Assembly: GCA_013003155.1 (NCBI GenBank) | Contig: JABDKF010000267.1 | Coordinates: 6,258-70,257 of the forward strand | Source: Woeseia sp. | GTDB taxonomy: Bacteria > Pseudomonadota > Gammaproteobacteria > Steroidobacterales > Woeseiaceae | DNA length: 64,000 nucleotides | Direction: 5' to 3' | In this document: piece after piece, positions 39,345-48,988 of the stretch | How positions within the stretch are numbered: the first letter of the stretch is position 1 | Layout: the number at the start of each line of letters is the position of its first letter | Program-made: the position numbers and the translations under genes | Notes under the pieces: generated by a model | What the model saw: only the letters and a program-made list of their open reading frames with translations | Databases searched by the model: none | Told to the model about the DNA's origin: nothing

Positions 39345-40352
39345 ATGAAATCATTTAACGATCTCGCCGATTTTTCTCACGATGAAGTTGAAGCTTTGCT
39401 CGATCTTGCCTCAAGACTTCATAACCACCCTGAACCTCAAGCCTTGCAGGGCAAAGTTTTATCTCTTCTTTTTCTTAGCCCTTCTTTGCGAACTCTGGCC
39501 TCCTTTCAGGCGGCAATGGTTCGCTTAGGTGGCGGCTCATTCGTAATTTCTCCCAACATGTCGATTCACGGTCTCGAATCACGGTCCGGAATAGTTATGG
39601 ATGGCGTAGCTGCGGAGCACATCCGCGAAGCCGTACCTGTCATCGCGTCGTACGGAGACGCAATTGGTATTCGGGCATTCGCAGAACGTCGAAACCTGGA
39701 GGCTGATTTGGCTGATGCCGAGTTTTCTGAGCTAACAGAACTTCTGGACAAACCGTACATCAATATGGAATCTGCAATAAATCACCCGTGCCAAAGTCTC
39801 GCTGACTGGAAAACCATGAACGATCTCGCGATTCCGCAAAAAGGCGGTAAATTTGTTTTAAGTTGGGCTTACCACCCCAGACCCTTGCCGCTTGCGGTTC
39901 CTGCCGCGACGGTGCATATGGCCGCAATGCGCGGCATGGACGTAACCGTGTTGCGTCCCGAGGGCTTTGAACTACCGGAGTCGATAATGAATAAGGCGAC
40001 CGCAGCCGCTGAGGTTTCGGGCGGTTCCGTTCGTGAAACCGATGATCGGCAGGACGCTATGCAAGATGCACACGTCATTTACGCAAAATCGTGGTCGTCG
40101 CAACACCACTATGCCGATAGAACATCTGAACAAGAATTGCGTAAAGGACTGGAGGACTGGTGCGTCGATGAACCCTGGTTCGAAAACGCGCAAGACTCTT
40201 GTCGCTTCATGCATTGCCTGCCGGTGCGCCGAGGCGTGGTAGTTAGTGACGCTATACTTGACGGGCCTCGCAGCGTCGTTATTCATGAAGCATACAATCG
40301 CATGCTGGCGCAGATGGCCGTATTGCACCAAATGCTCGGGACTCGCAGTTGA
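39345..40352 (+). CDS. argF: N-acylornithine carbamoyltransferase (ArgF'), predicted N-succinylornithine-specific
   Basis: PSLRT, MDGVAAEH, HPCQ, WAYHPRPLPLAV, YAKSW, HCLPVRR. Confidence 0.9.
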   Translation: MKSFNDLADFSHDEVEALLDLASRLHNHPEPQALQGKVLSLLFLSPSLRTLASFQAAMVRLGGGSFVISPNMSIHGLESRSGIVMDGVAAEHIREAVPVIASYGDAIGIRAFAERRNLEADLADAEFSELTELLDKPYINMESAINHPCQSLADWKTMNDLAIPQKGGKFVLSWAYHPRPLPLAVPAATVHMAAMRGMDVTVLRPEGFELPESIMNKATAAAEVSGGSVRETDDRQDAMQDAHVIYAKSWSSQHHYADRTSEQELRKGLEDWCVDEPWFENAQDSCRFMHCLPVRRGVVVSDAILDGPRSVVIHEAYNRMLAQMAVLHQMLGTRS

Positions 40353-41287
40353 CGATCAGTCATGACCGTGATGCCGTTGTTTCCGCACTAAAGCATGCGG
40401 TGCCCTACATTCGGCTGTTCAAACACAAGGTCTTCGTGCTGAAGGCTGGTGGCGAAGTATTTGCTGATACCGAAGCGACTCGTGCGCTCCTCGAACAGGT
40501 TGGCATTTTGTATCAGGTCGGCATCCGCGTCGTGCTGGTGCACGGTGGCGGCCCGCAATCGACCCGACTTGCGAAAGCACTCGGTCTCGACACCCAGTTT
40601 GTCGATGGCAGGCGCGTCACGGACGCGCAGTCGCTCGATGTCGCGACGATGGTTTTGAATGGTGAAGTCAACACTCGCATTCTTGCCGCGTGCCGCGACG
40701 TTGAAATTCCGGCGGTCGGCATCAGCGGCGTCGATGCCGGTTTGGTGCAGGCCATTCGCCGCCCGCCGGTAAGACAAAGCGGTGGCAAAGCGGTTGACTA
40801 CGGATTCGTCGGCGATATTGAGTCAGTGGATGCAAACGTGCTTCGCAAACAACTCGACAGCGGGCTGGTGCCCGTCGTCAGCCCCTTGTCCTGCGATGCG
40901 TCCGGCACCTTGCTCAATATCAACGCTGATACAGTTGCCGCAGCTATTGCCGCGGAACTTGATGCTGAAAAAATGATTCTCGCCACCGGCGCACCCGGCA
41001 TTCTCGCAGACCGCAACGATCCGGGCTCTTTGATCTCTTACATTGATCGCGCAGGTTTGCACAAAATGCGGGACAACGGCCAGCTTGCCGACGGGATGTT
41101 GCCAAAAGCAGCTGCAATCGACGACGCGATCGCTCACGGGGTGAAGCGCGTGCACATCATTTCCTACCGCCTCCCTGATAGCCTGTTGCTCGAAGTTTTT
41201 ACCAACGAAGGCACCGGCACGCTGGTCGTCGATGACATCAGCGCACTATCGCCCGCTGAGAAAACGGCCAGCGAGTCTGCGTCATGA
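40349..41287 (+). CDS. argB: N-acylglutamate kinase (no GNAT domain)
   Basis: VLKAGG, VHGGGPQ, GRRVTD, NINAD, GMLPK. Confidence 0.93.
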   Translation: MTISHDRDAVVSALKHAVPYIRLFKHKVFVLKAGGEVFADTEATRALLEQVGILYQVGIRVVLVHGGGPQSTRLAKALGLDTQFVDGRRVTDAQSLDVATMVLNGEVNTRILAACRDVEIPAVGISGVDAGLVQAIRRPPVRQSGGKAVDYGFVGDIESVDANVLRKQLDSGLVPVVSPLSCDASGTLLNINADTVAAAIAAELDAEKMILATGAPGILADRNDPGSLISYIDRAGLHKMRDNGQLADGMLPKAAAIDDAIAHGVKRVHIISYRLPDSLLLEVFTNEGTGTLVVDDISALSPAEKTASESAS

Positions 41288-42480
41288 GCCGCCTGTGGGA
41301 AAAAGGTTTGCCGCTCGATCAGCGTGTACTTTTATATACCGCTGGCGAAGATCACCGGCTGGACGCGCGGCTTGTCGACTATGACATTCGCGGTTCTGTC
41401 GCACACGCGGAAATGCTGGCTGCGCAAGGATTACTCGATGCCACGGATTGCGACACTATTTGCGCAGGACTAAGGAAGCTTGGTGAACAGTTTCACGCCG
41501 GCGACTGGCAGATCGAACTGAGCGACGAAGACGTGCACACCGCGCTGGAATCGCGACTCACCCGGTTGATTGGCGAGGCCGGCGGTCGACTGCATCTCGG
41601 CCGTTCGCGAAACGACCAGGTCCTGACTGCGCTAAGACTGTACCTGCGCGACGCTGCCGATCACGTGCAGCACAGCGTTCGGGGTTTGCTGGATTCACTG
41701 GCGGCACTTCGGGAACGACAGGGTGAGGTGGCCCTGCCCGGCTATACGCACATGCAGCAAGCTATGCCTTCTTCCGTTGAGTGGTGGGCGGCGGGCTATG
41801 AAGAAGCCTTTGCCGATGCCTTAGCTGGACTCGACGCCAGCCGCCGGCGCATGAACAAAAACCCGCTTGGCAGCGCGGCCGGCTACGGCACGCCCGGACT
41901 CGAACTTGATCGCGACGCCACAACCTCGTCACTGGGCTTCGCAGAAACGCAAACGCCGGTAACTGCGGTACAGCTGTCTCGCGGCAAAGCTGAAGCGGGG
42001 CTACTTTTTGAACTGACACTACTGCTGCAAGATCTCGCACGCCTCGCGTCAGATCTATTGTTGTTCTACACACAGGAGTTCAATTACATTTCACTCGCAG
42101 ACGATGTTACGACCGGGTCATCGATCATGCCGCAGAAACGCAACCCCGATGTACTGGAGCTGGTGCGCGGTGCAAGCGCCACCGTCGCCGCCTGTTTACA
42201 GGAATGCCTGCTGCTCACGGCAAAATTGCCAAGCGGATTTCAGCGCGACGTGCAGCGTATCAAGGGCCCCTTATTCCGGGGCATTGACCTGACGATCGAA
42301 AGCGTTGACGTCATGGCATACCTACTGAGCCGACTGCAGTTTAACCCTGAGAATATTCAGCTCGACGATGGCCTGCACGCGGCAGAGCGCGCGAATGCTC
42401 TCGTCACGCAGCAAGGCCTGCCGTTTCGCGAGGCCTACCGTAAAGTAGCCGAGCAGTACAGCGCCAAGACTGCCAAGTAA
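41284..42480 (+). CDS. argH: Argininosuccinate lyase (short form)
   Basis: EDVH, GRSRNDQV, PGYTHMQ, GSSIMPQKRNPD, PFREAY. Confidence 0.94.
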   Translation: MSRLWEKGLPLDQRVLLYTAGEDHRLDARLVDYDIRGSVAHAEMLAAQGLLDATDCDTICAGLRKLGEQFHAGDWQIELSDEDVHTALESRLTRLIGEAGGRLHLGRSRNDQVLTALRLYLRDAADHVQHSVRGLLDSLAALRERQGEVALPGYTHMQQAMPSSVEWWAAGYEEAFADALAGLDASRRRMNKNPLGSAAGYGTPGLELDRDATTSSLGFAETQTPVTAVQLSRGKAEAGLLFELTLLLQDLARLASDLLLFYTQEFNYISLADDVTTGSSIMPQKRNPDVLELVRGASATVAACLQECLLLTAKLPSGFQRDVQRIKGPLFRGIDLTIESVDVMAYLLSRLQFNPENIQLDDGLHAAERANALVTQQGLPFREAYRKVAEQYSAKTAK

Positions 42481-42547
42481 GACAATCGGAGCGAAACGGG
42501 TGCCCTTCTGCGGTACCATGCGTCCCATTCCAGTTCGGGCCAGCAGC

Positions 42548-42736
42548 ATGCCAGGTATTCGTCTCATCCCCGTTTTTTTCGCCGCCGTATTTCTGCTCGG
42601 GGCATGCGGACAGACCGGCGAGTTGTACCTGCCCGGAAGCACCAGTAACTCTCGTACCGAAATTCAACCGATTAATACCTCGAGTGACTCAGAAGCAGAG
42701 AGTGAAGAGGAATCGGCAAACGAAGAAGAACTCTGA
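42548..42736 (+). CDS. Small lipoprotein, LptM/YifL-like
   Basis: Lipobox LGAC followed by GQTGELYLP. Confidence 0.75.
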   Translation: MPGIRLIPVFFAAVFLLGACGQTGELYLPGSTSNSRTEIQPINTSSDSEAESEEESANEEEL

Positions 42737-42748
42737 CGGACCGCACGC

Positions 42749-45466
42749 ATGAGTAACAATAAACTGGTCCTTGTTGACGGGTCTTCTTACCTGTATCGCG
42801 CGTTTCACGCATTGCCGCCGCTCACAAATTCGTCCGGCGAACCCACCGGTGCGCTGCACGGTGTCCTGAACATGCTGACAAAATTGATGCGGGAGGAACC
42901 GGACGCGCACATTGCTGTCGTGTTTGACGCACCGGGCAAGACATTTCGCGACAAATTGTTTGAGGACTACAAGGCCAATCGGCCACCGATGCCGGACGAG
43001 TTGCGCTCGCAGATTACGCCGCTGCTGGAAGCCGTCCCTGCATTGGGACTCCCCATGATTCGCTTGTCTGGCGTTGAGGCCGACGACGTCATTGGCACCC
43101 TGTGCAAGCGCGCAGTCGCAGCCGGCATGGACGTGCTCGTCTCGACCGGCGACAAGGACATGGCGCAGCTCGTCAATGATGGCGTGACGCTCGTAAACAC
43201 GATGACAGACACCGTAATGGATCGGGACGGCGTGCACGAAAAGTTTGACGTCTGGCCGGAGCAGATTATCGATTACCTCGCTCTTGTCGGCGATAAATCC
43301 GACAACATTCCCGGCGTCCCAAAAGTCGGCCCGAAAACCGCCGCGAAATGGTTAAAGAAATACGGCTCCGTCGAGAATCTCGTAGAACACGCTGACGATA
43401 TCGGCGGCAAAGTCGGCGAAAGCCTGCGCGAGAATCTCGAGCAACTGCGACTGTCACAACAGCTCGCGACCATCCAGCTCGACGTCGAGCTCGACGAAAA
43501 ACCTGCCGCGTTAACGCGTACCGGGATGGATGCGGAGACACTGGGTGTTCTTTACGAACGCTTTGAACTCCGCAGCCTCGCGCGCCAGCTGGAAAAATCG
43601 TCAGCGACACCGGAGAACGCGCCGTCTGCATCCGCCGCAGAAGAAAAAAGCGAGATTAAGGGGGATTACGAGACGGTGCTCACCGCTAAGTCCCTCGACA
43701 AATGGCTGAAAAAGATTGCATCCGCCGAGCTTGTTGCGCTGGACACGGAAACGACCAGTCTTGATTACATGACGGCGGAAATGGTCGGCATTTCACTCGC
43801 CGTCACCACGGGCGAAGCGGCGTATATTCCATTGGCCCATGATTATCCCGGTGCTCCTGATCAGCTTGAGCGCGACCTGGTGTTGAAAAAAATGAAAAAC
43901 TGGCTGCAGGATCCAGAAGCCGCCAAAGTCGGACACCATCTCAAATACGATGCGCATATTTTCGCGCGCTACGGCATTCACCTCGCAGGCATGCACTATG
44001 ACTCGATGCTTGAGTCTTACGTGCTCAACAGTGTTGCGACACGGCACGACATGGATTCCACCGCGCGCCACTACTTGGGAATTGAAACGATCCATTTTGA
44101 AGATGTTGCAGGTAAAGGTGCGAAGCAACTGACGTTCAATCAGATCGACCTTGAACAGGCGGCACCGTACGCCGCTGAGGATGCAGACATTACGCTGCGC
44201 CTGCATCAAAAACTTTGGTCGGAACTTGGCAAGGTCGGAAAACTCCGGTCGCTATATCAGTCAATCGAGCAGCCCCTGGTGCCGGTGTTGTTTGCGATGG
44301 AGGAAACCGGGGTCCTAGTTGATCGCGCAATGCTGAAAAAGCAGAGCAGCAAGCTCGCCAAAACGATGCAAAAACTGGAAAAGGAGGCGCATGAAGCTGC
44401 GGGTGGCCCTTTTAACCTGAGCTCTCCGAAACAGCTGCAGCAAATCCTGTTCGAAGACCAGGGCTTGCCGATTGTTCGCAAGACGCCCAAGGGCCAGCCT
44501 TCTACGGCTGAGGACGTGCTGCAAGAACTGGCGGCGGATTACGATCTGCCGCGCGTGATCCTGGAATACCGGAGTGTCGCCAAACTGAAGAGCACCTATA
44601 CGGACAAGCTGCCACTGCAGATCTGCAAGGAGACCGGCCGCATTCACACCTCTTACCACCAGGCAGTCGCGGCGACCGGCAGGCTATCGTCAACTGACCC
44701 GAATTTGCAAAACATCCCGATCCGCACGGAAGAAGGCCGACGCATTCGCAAAGCCTTTGTCTGTCCCGAAGGCAGCGTGCTGCTCGCGGCGGATTATTCA
44801 CAAATAGAATTGCGCATCATGGCGCACCTGTCCGGTGACGCCGGCTTGCTTGAGGCGTTTAACGAGGATCAGGACGTGCACCAGGCGACGGCAGCGGAAG
44901 TTTTCGAGGTTGAGATCGACAAGGTCACCAGCGATCAGCGGCGATCGGCAAAGGCGATTAATTTTGGACTGATGTACGGCATGTCCGCCTTCGGCCTCGC
45001 CAAGCAGCTCGGTACGACGCGCGGTGAAGCGCAGGAATACGTTGACCTGTATTTTGATCGCTATCCGGGCGTCAAGGCGTACATGGACAATATCCGCGCG
45101 GAAGCGCGCGAGGCAGGTTTTGTTGAAACCCTGTTCGGACGGCGCCTGTACCTGCCGCAAATAAACGACCGCAATGCGCAACGGCGCCAGTACTCTGAGC
45201 GCAGCGCGATCAACGCGCCGATGCAGGGTACGGCCGCAGACATCATCAAGATGGCGATGATCAGCGTCCACGATTGGCTGGCGGAATCGAAGGCACCCGC
45301 AAAGCTGATCATGCAGGTGCACGACGAGCTGGTCCTCGAGGTAGACGAAGCCGCCTGCGATGAGGTCCGCGAGGAAATCATTTCGCGCATGTGCGCGGCA
45401 GGGAGCCTGAAGGTGCCGCTGGTCGTCGACGCGGGCGTCGGCAATGACTGGGATGAGGCCCACTAG
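42749..45466 (+). CDS. polA: DNA polymerase I
   Basis: LVDGSSYLYRAFHA, DTETT, DYSQIELR, KAINFGLMYG, QVHDEL. Confidence 0.98.
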   Translation: MSNNKLVLVDGSSYLYRAFHALPPLTNSSGEPTGALHGVLNMLTKLMREEPDAHIAVVFDAPGKTFRDKLFEDYKANRPPMPDELRSQITPLLEAVPALGLPMIRLSGVEADDVIGTLCKRAVAAGMDVLVSTGDKDMAQLVNDGVTLVNTMTDTVMDRDGVHEKFDVWPEQIIDYLALVGDKSDNIPGVPKVGPKTAAKWLKKYGSVENLVEHADDIGGKVGESLRENLEQLRLSQQLATIQLDVELDEKPAALTRTGMDAETLGVLYERFELRSLARQLEKSSATPENAPSASAAEEKSEIKGDYETVLTAKSLDKWLKKIASAELVALDTETTSLDYMTAEMVGISLAVTTGEAAYIPLAHDYPGAPDQLERDLVLKKMKNWLQDPEAAKVGHHLKYDAHIFARYGIHLAGMHYDSMLESYVLNSVATRHDMDSTARHYLGIETIHFEDVAGKGAKQLTFNQIDLEQAAPYAAEDADITLRLHQKLWSELGKVGKLRSLYQSIEQPLVPVLFAMEETGVLVDRAMLKKQSSKLAKTMQKLEKEAHEAAGGPFNLSSPKQLQQILFEDQGLPIVRKTPKGQPSTAEDVLQELAADYDLPRVILEYRSVAKLKSTYTDKLPLQICKETGRIHTSYHQAVAATGRLSSTDPNLQNIPIRTEEGRRIRKAFVCPEGSVLLAADYSQIELRIMAHLSGDAGLLEAFNEDQDVHQATAAEVFEVEIDKVTSDQRRSAKAINFGLMYGMSAFGLAKQLGTTRGEAQEYVDLYFDRYPGVKAYMDNIRAEAREAGFVETLFGRRLYLPQINDRNAQRRQYSERSAINAPMQGTAADIIKMAMISVHDWLAESKAPAKLIMQVHDELVLEVDEAACDEVREEIISRMCAAGSLKVPLVVDAGVGNDWDEAH

Positions 45467-45507
45467 AAGAAAAAACCTATTATATTCAGCTATTTATATA
45501 GACAGCT

Positions 45508-45535
45508 GGAACTACTCTAAAAGCGATCGTTCGAA
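45508..45535 (+). promoter_or_regulatory. SigmaE/AlgU-type promoter
   Basis: GGAACTA-N16-TCGAA versus consensus GGAACTT-N16-TCAAA. Confidence 0.68.
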
Positions 45536-45540
45536 GTTAC

Positions 45541-45653
45541 TGAGTGCTAGACACTCGCCTGTTTACCTCCCTAATCAGGCTCGCAGGCGGTTTCCCCAAG
45601 CCGCCTGCAATTAACTTGCCCCGGGGCCCTCAAGGGCTACCGGGGCTTTTTTT
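45541..45653 (+). ncRNA. Putative small RNA downstream of polA (position of Spot 42 / ErsA / sX13)
   Basis: Consecutive hairpins GAGTG/CACTC, GCCTG/CAGGC (loop with CCTCCC), GCAGGCGG/CCGCCTGC (loop TTTCCCCAAG), then terminator. Confidence 0.72.
45618..45653 (+). terminator. Rho-independent terminator
   Basis: GCCCCGG-GGCCCTCAAGGGCTA-CCGGGGC followed by T7. Confidence 0.85.
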
Positions 45654-46242
45654 GTCCGTCTTCCTGCAGGAACCCGGCGAGTACCGCACGCGCCTCGTCG
45701 ACGCCGCTGCGTTTCAGGGAAGAAAAAAGCTGCACGGCGATCCCATCGCCGAGCGCGCGCCTGGCCTCGAGCAACGCGGTCGCCGCCTGGCCTCTCTTAA
45801 GCTTGTCGGATTTTGTTAACAAGACGTGAACCGGGACCTCGACAGAGGCACACAGGCTAAGCAGCTGCCTGTCAAAGTCTGTGATTCCCCGCCGGATGTC
45901 AGCAACCAGCAACAGACCGCGCAGGCTTTCGCGGCTCTCAAAATACTGCTGAATCAGTTGGCCCCAATGCGCGCGCATGCTCTCCGCGACCTTCGCAAAG
46001 CCGTAGCCTGGCAGATCGACCAGCCGCAAACCCTCAGCCAACGCAAAAAAATTAATAAGCTGGGTTCGCCCGGGAGTCTTGCTGGTCCGCGCGAACTGGC
46101 GACGATTGACGATGACGTTTATCGCGCTCGACTTGCCGGCATTCGACCGCCCGGCTACTGCCACCTCGCGACCCTCATCCGGCAGGAACTGAGCGGGCGC
46201 ATTGGCACTTGTGAGGAATTTTGCATCGGGGTATTGCGACAT
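45637..46242 (-). CDS. engB: Ribosome biogenesis GTPase EngB/YihA
   Basis: GRSNAGKSS, SKTPGRTQLINFF, DLPGYG, TKSD. Confidence 0.96.
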   Translation of the reverse strand: MSQYPDAKFLTSANAPAQFLPDEGREVAVAGRSNAGKSSAINVIVNRRQFARTSKTPGRTQLINFFALAEGLRLVDLPGYGFAKVAESMRAHWGQLIQQYFESRESLRGLLLVADIRRGITDFDRQLLSLCASVEVPVHVLLTKSDKLKRGQAATALLEARRALGDGIAVQLFSSLKRSGVDEARAVLAGFLQEDGQKKPR

Positions 46243-46434
46243 GGGATACCGCCCCGATGTGTGTATAATTTGGGGCCTTCTGAGATCAGTATTCGGTGGC
46301 CCATAGTGACCGCTTGGGCTGCCGGCGGCAAGCGCCGACGGCCCACCGAGGACCTGGTTCAGTCAGGCAAATTCTTTAGACAGCGGCGGCGACCATCTGA
46401 GGTCTGCCGGCCGCAGGGTACGGTTTAACATCCT

Positions 46435-47076
46435 ATGAATTGTAGACTTGCATTTGCGCTACTGGCATTACCGCTTGCCGCGATGGCCAGCGATGGCACC
46501 CTGGTCGAAGGCTCGGCGGAAGCAGGGAAGACGAAATCTGTGACCTGCGGCGCCTGCCATGGCGCGGATGGCAACAGCGTGAATCCGGAATGGCCGAGCA
46601 TTGCCGGCCAGCATGCCAAATACACCGTAGAGCAGCTACAGGCATTCAAAAGTGGTAAGCGGATGAACGCGCTGATGACCGGCCAGGCGATGCTGCTATC
46701 GGACGAGGATATGCGTGACCTCGCCGTCTACTATGCCGAGCAGCGTGCGGCGGCAAAAACCGTCGCTGATCCGAAGCTGGTCAATAAAGGCGAAGCTTTG
46801 TACCGCGCCGGTAACAAGAAAACCGGCGTTGCCGCGTGCATCGGTTGTCACGGCCCGACCGGCCTCGGCAATCCCGCAGTTCCGTACCCAAAACTGCGCG
46901 GCCAGTACGCGGTTTACACGGCGAAACAACTGCGTGATTATGCGAGCGAAGCCCGCAAGTCGGATGGCGTTACCCAAATAATGCGCAACATCGCGGAACG
47001 CCTGAGCGAGGAAGAGATTGACGCAGTGGCCTCGTACGTACAGGGGCTGCGCGGTACCGTGCTTGCAAGCGACTGA
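46435..47076 (+). CDS. Diheme cytochrome c4
   Basis: Signal peptide; CGACH and CIGCH; divergent from engB. Confidence 0.93.
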   Translation: MNCRLAFALLALPLAAMASDGTLVEGSAEAGKTKSVTCGACHGADGNSVNPEWPSIAGQHAKYTVEQLQAFKSGKRMNALMTGQAMLLSDEDMRDLAVYYAEQRAAAKTVADPKLVNKGEALYRAGNKKTGVAACIGCHGPTGLGNPAVPYPKLRGQYAVYTAKQLRDYASEARKSDGVTQIMRNIAERLSEEEIDAVASYVQGLRGTVLASD

Positions 47077-47152
47077 GGTCGTCGAAACCGGATTTCACCG
47101 AATTTTTCTGCAGCCGAAGGGTCTTAAGCTGCAACCCCAATTGGAGTACACC

Positions 47153-48001
47153 ATGAAAAACCCGCTGGTTTTTGCGTTTTTCAACGTCTTTTTGCTGAGT
47201 GCCTGCGGCGCGGACCAATCCGCGACGGAAGAGCCCCTTGCCGATACGGCGATGCAGGAAGAGGTCCTGGAAGAGGCCCCCATCGTCAGCGCGCCGGTCG
47301 CAGATCCGGACGTGGCACCGACGCTGGTTGAAGAATCCTCGGCCGCCGACGACACGGGCGCGGCCGAAGACGCTCCGCTGATGCTTGCCAAGGCAGAGTC
47401 TGCGGCGCCCGTTACCAACTGGAAATTCAAGGAAGGGCAGCACTTTCATCGCCTGGTGCCGACGCAGCCCACGGTGGGGGGTGCAGACAAAGTCGAAGTT
47501 GCCGAAATCTTCTGGTACGGCTGCGCTCACTGCAATGACTTCGAGCCCTTTATCAATGGCTGGTCCGAGAAAAAACCAGCGGACGTGCGCTTCGTGCGAA
47601 TTCCCGCAATGTGGAACCCACTCGTTAAATTGCACGGCCAGCTATTCTATACAGAAGAAGTTCTGGCCAAGAACGGCAAGCTGGCTAACCCGGAAGGCTT
47701 TCATGCTGCCGTATTCAACGAGTATCACCAGCGCAACAACAGGCTCACGTCGGAGGACTCTATCGGCGAACTGTTCGCACGCTTCGGGGTTGGCGAAGAG
47801 GACTTCAAAAACACCTGGGGTTCGTTTGAGGTTGCGCAGAAAATGCGTGTAGCCGAGGACCTCGGTCGCCGTTACGGGATAACTGGCGTGCCTGCGGTCG
47901 TTGTAAACGGCAAATACCGTAGTGGCGGTTCGGAAGCCGGTAGCTATCCGAAGTTGCTGGAGGTCATCGACGAACTGGTGGCACGCGAGGCTGCTCGCTA
48001 G
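47153..48001 (+). CDS. dsbA: Thiol:disulfide oxidoreductase DsbA, lipoprotein form
   Basis: Lipobox LSAC, acidic linker, FWYGCAHC, GVPAVVVNGKY. Confidence 0.9.
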   Translation: MKNPLVFAFFNVFLLSACGADQSATEEPLADTAMQEEVLEEAPIVSAPVADPDVAPTLVEESSAADDTGAAEDAPLMLAKAESAAPVTNWKFKEGQHFHRLVPTQPTVGGADKVEVAEIFWYGCAHCNDFEPFINGWSEKKPADVRFVRIPAMWNPLVKLHGQLFYTEEVLAKNGKLANPEGFHAAVFNEYHQRNNRLTSEDSIGELFARFGVGEEDFKNTWGSFEVAQKMRVAEDLGRRYGITGVPAVVVNGKYRSGGSEAGSYPKLLEVIDELVAREAAR

Positions 48002-48897
48002 CCGCTACCCTCGGTCACGATTCGCAAATTGCCGGCATTATCGTATCGCCAGTAGAGTCGCTTGGTTATTTCGACGGTGTTTTCGACGGTTTGCATGCGC
48101 TGAGTGAATCGACTTAAGAACAGGCCCTCTTCTTCAGGATCTGCTATCAACGCGACGCCCTGAACCTCGAGCGCAACAATGTTGCGCTTAGCAAATACCT
48201 GGCTGCGCCATTGCGCCCACTCATCGTGCGCCATGTCGCGATACTTGAAATCGTCGGCATACAACGCAAGGTATGCCGTGAGGTTGCCCTGCTCGACGCT
48301 TACTTTCCAACGTTCGAGTGCGTCCAGCAATTGCGCGCGCTGTTGTCTTGCAGCCTCTGCCGCCGTCCAGGCAAGTTCACGCACAACGATGACTGGCGTC
48401 GTCAATGGCGCCAGGTCTGCGGCAAGCGCGTTTATTCTCTCATTGGGCAAAGCCAGGCAACCGTCCGTGTCCCGTGGTGGCCGATCCGGATCGCGTTTAT
48501 CAACGCCGTGTAGCCAAATGCCGTCGCCGGTACGTTCACGATAGCGATCCCAGGCATTGGGATAATCGAGGACAAACGCCTTGTCGCCGTATTTGTCGTG
48601 CAGACGATCAGTATCGAGCTCTTCCAGGATGAAGTAAATGCCGAGTGGGGTCTTACGATCCCAGGCGCGCTGCTTGCCGGCGCCGTTGCGCCCTATCGAC
48701 ATATAGGTGGTATCGGTTTGCTCAATATGATCGCCACGCACAGCAAACTGTCTCAGGGTTGCGGTTGCCGTCTCAGCGACCAGAATCGTATCCACACCGG
48801 ACGGTACCTGCAGTAAACCGGCAGGCGCCCGTCCTCCGGTCCCCGCGAATACGGGCACTGACAGCAACAAGGCTGAAAGAAACAGAATTCGAGGCAT
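47998..48897 (-). CDS. L,D-transpeptidase (YkuD) with C-terminal NTF2-like domain
   Basis: Signal peptide, DRKTPLGIY, LDYPN, GIWLHG...TDGC, YLALYADDF. Confidence 0.88.
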   Translation of the reverse strand: MPRILFLSALLLSVPVFAGTGGRAPAGLLQVPSGVDTILVAETATATLRQFAVRGDHIEQTDTTYMSIGRNGAGKQRAWDRKTPLGIYFILEELDTDRLHDKYGDKAFVLDYPNAWDRYRERTGDGIWLHGVDKRDPDRPPRDTDGCLALPNERINALAADLAPLTTPVIVVRELAWTAAEAARQQRAQLLDALERWKVSVEQGNLTAYLALYADDFKYRDMAHDEWAQWRSQVFAKRNIVALEVQGVALIADPEEEGLFLSRFTQRMQTVENTVEITKRLYWRYDNAGNLRIVTEGSG

Positions 48898-48988
48898 GCG
48901 GAAACCAAAAAAGCCGGGCAGGCAATAGTACCTATTGTTCGCTCCCCGCTCCATCCAGCCCGGCAGGGCAAAGTTTGACCGACCTTCC

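Noticed and set aside
45544-45819. 91-aa ORF over the post-polA region
   Set aside because: Crosses a strong terminator and runs antisense to engB; the sRNA reading fits better
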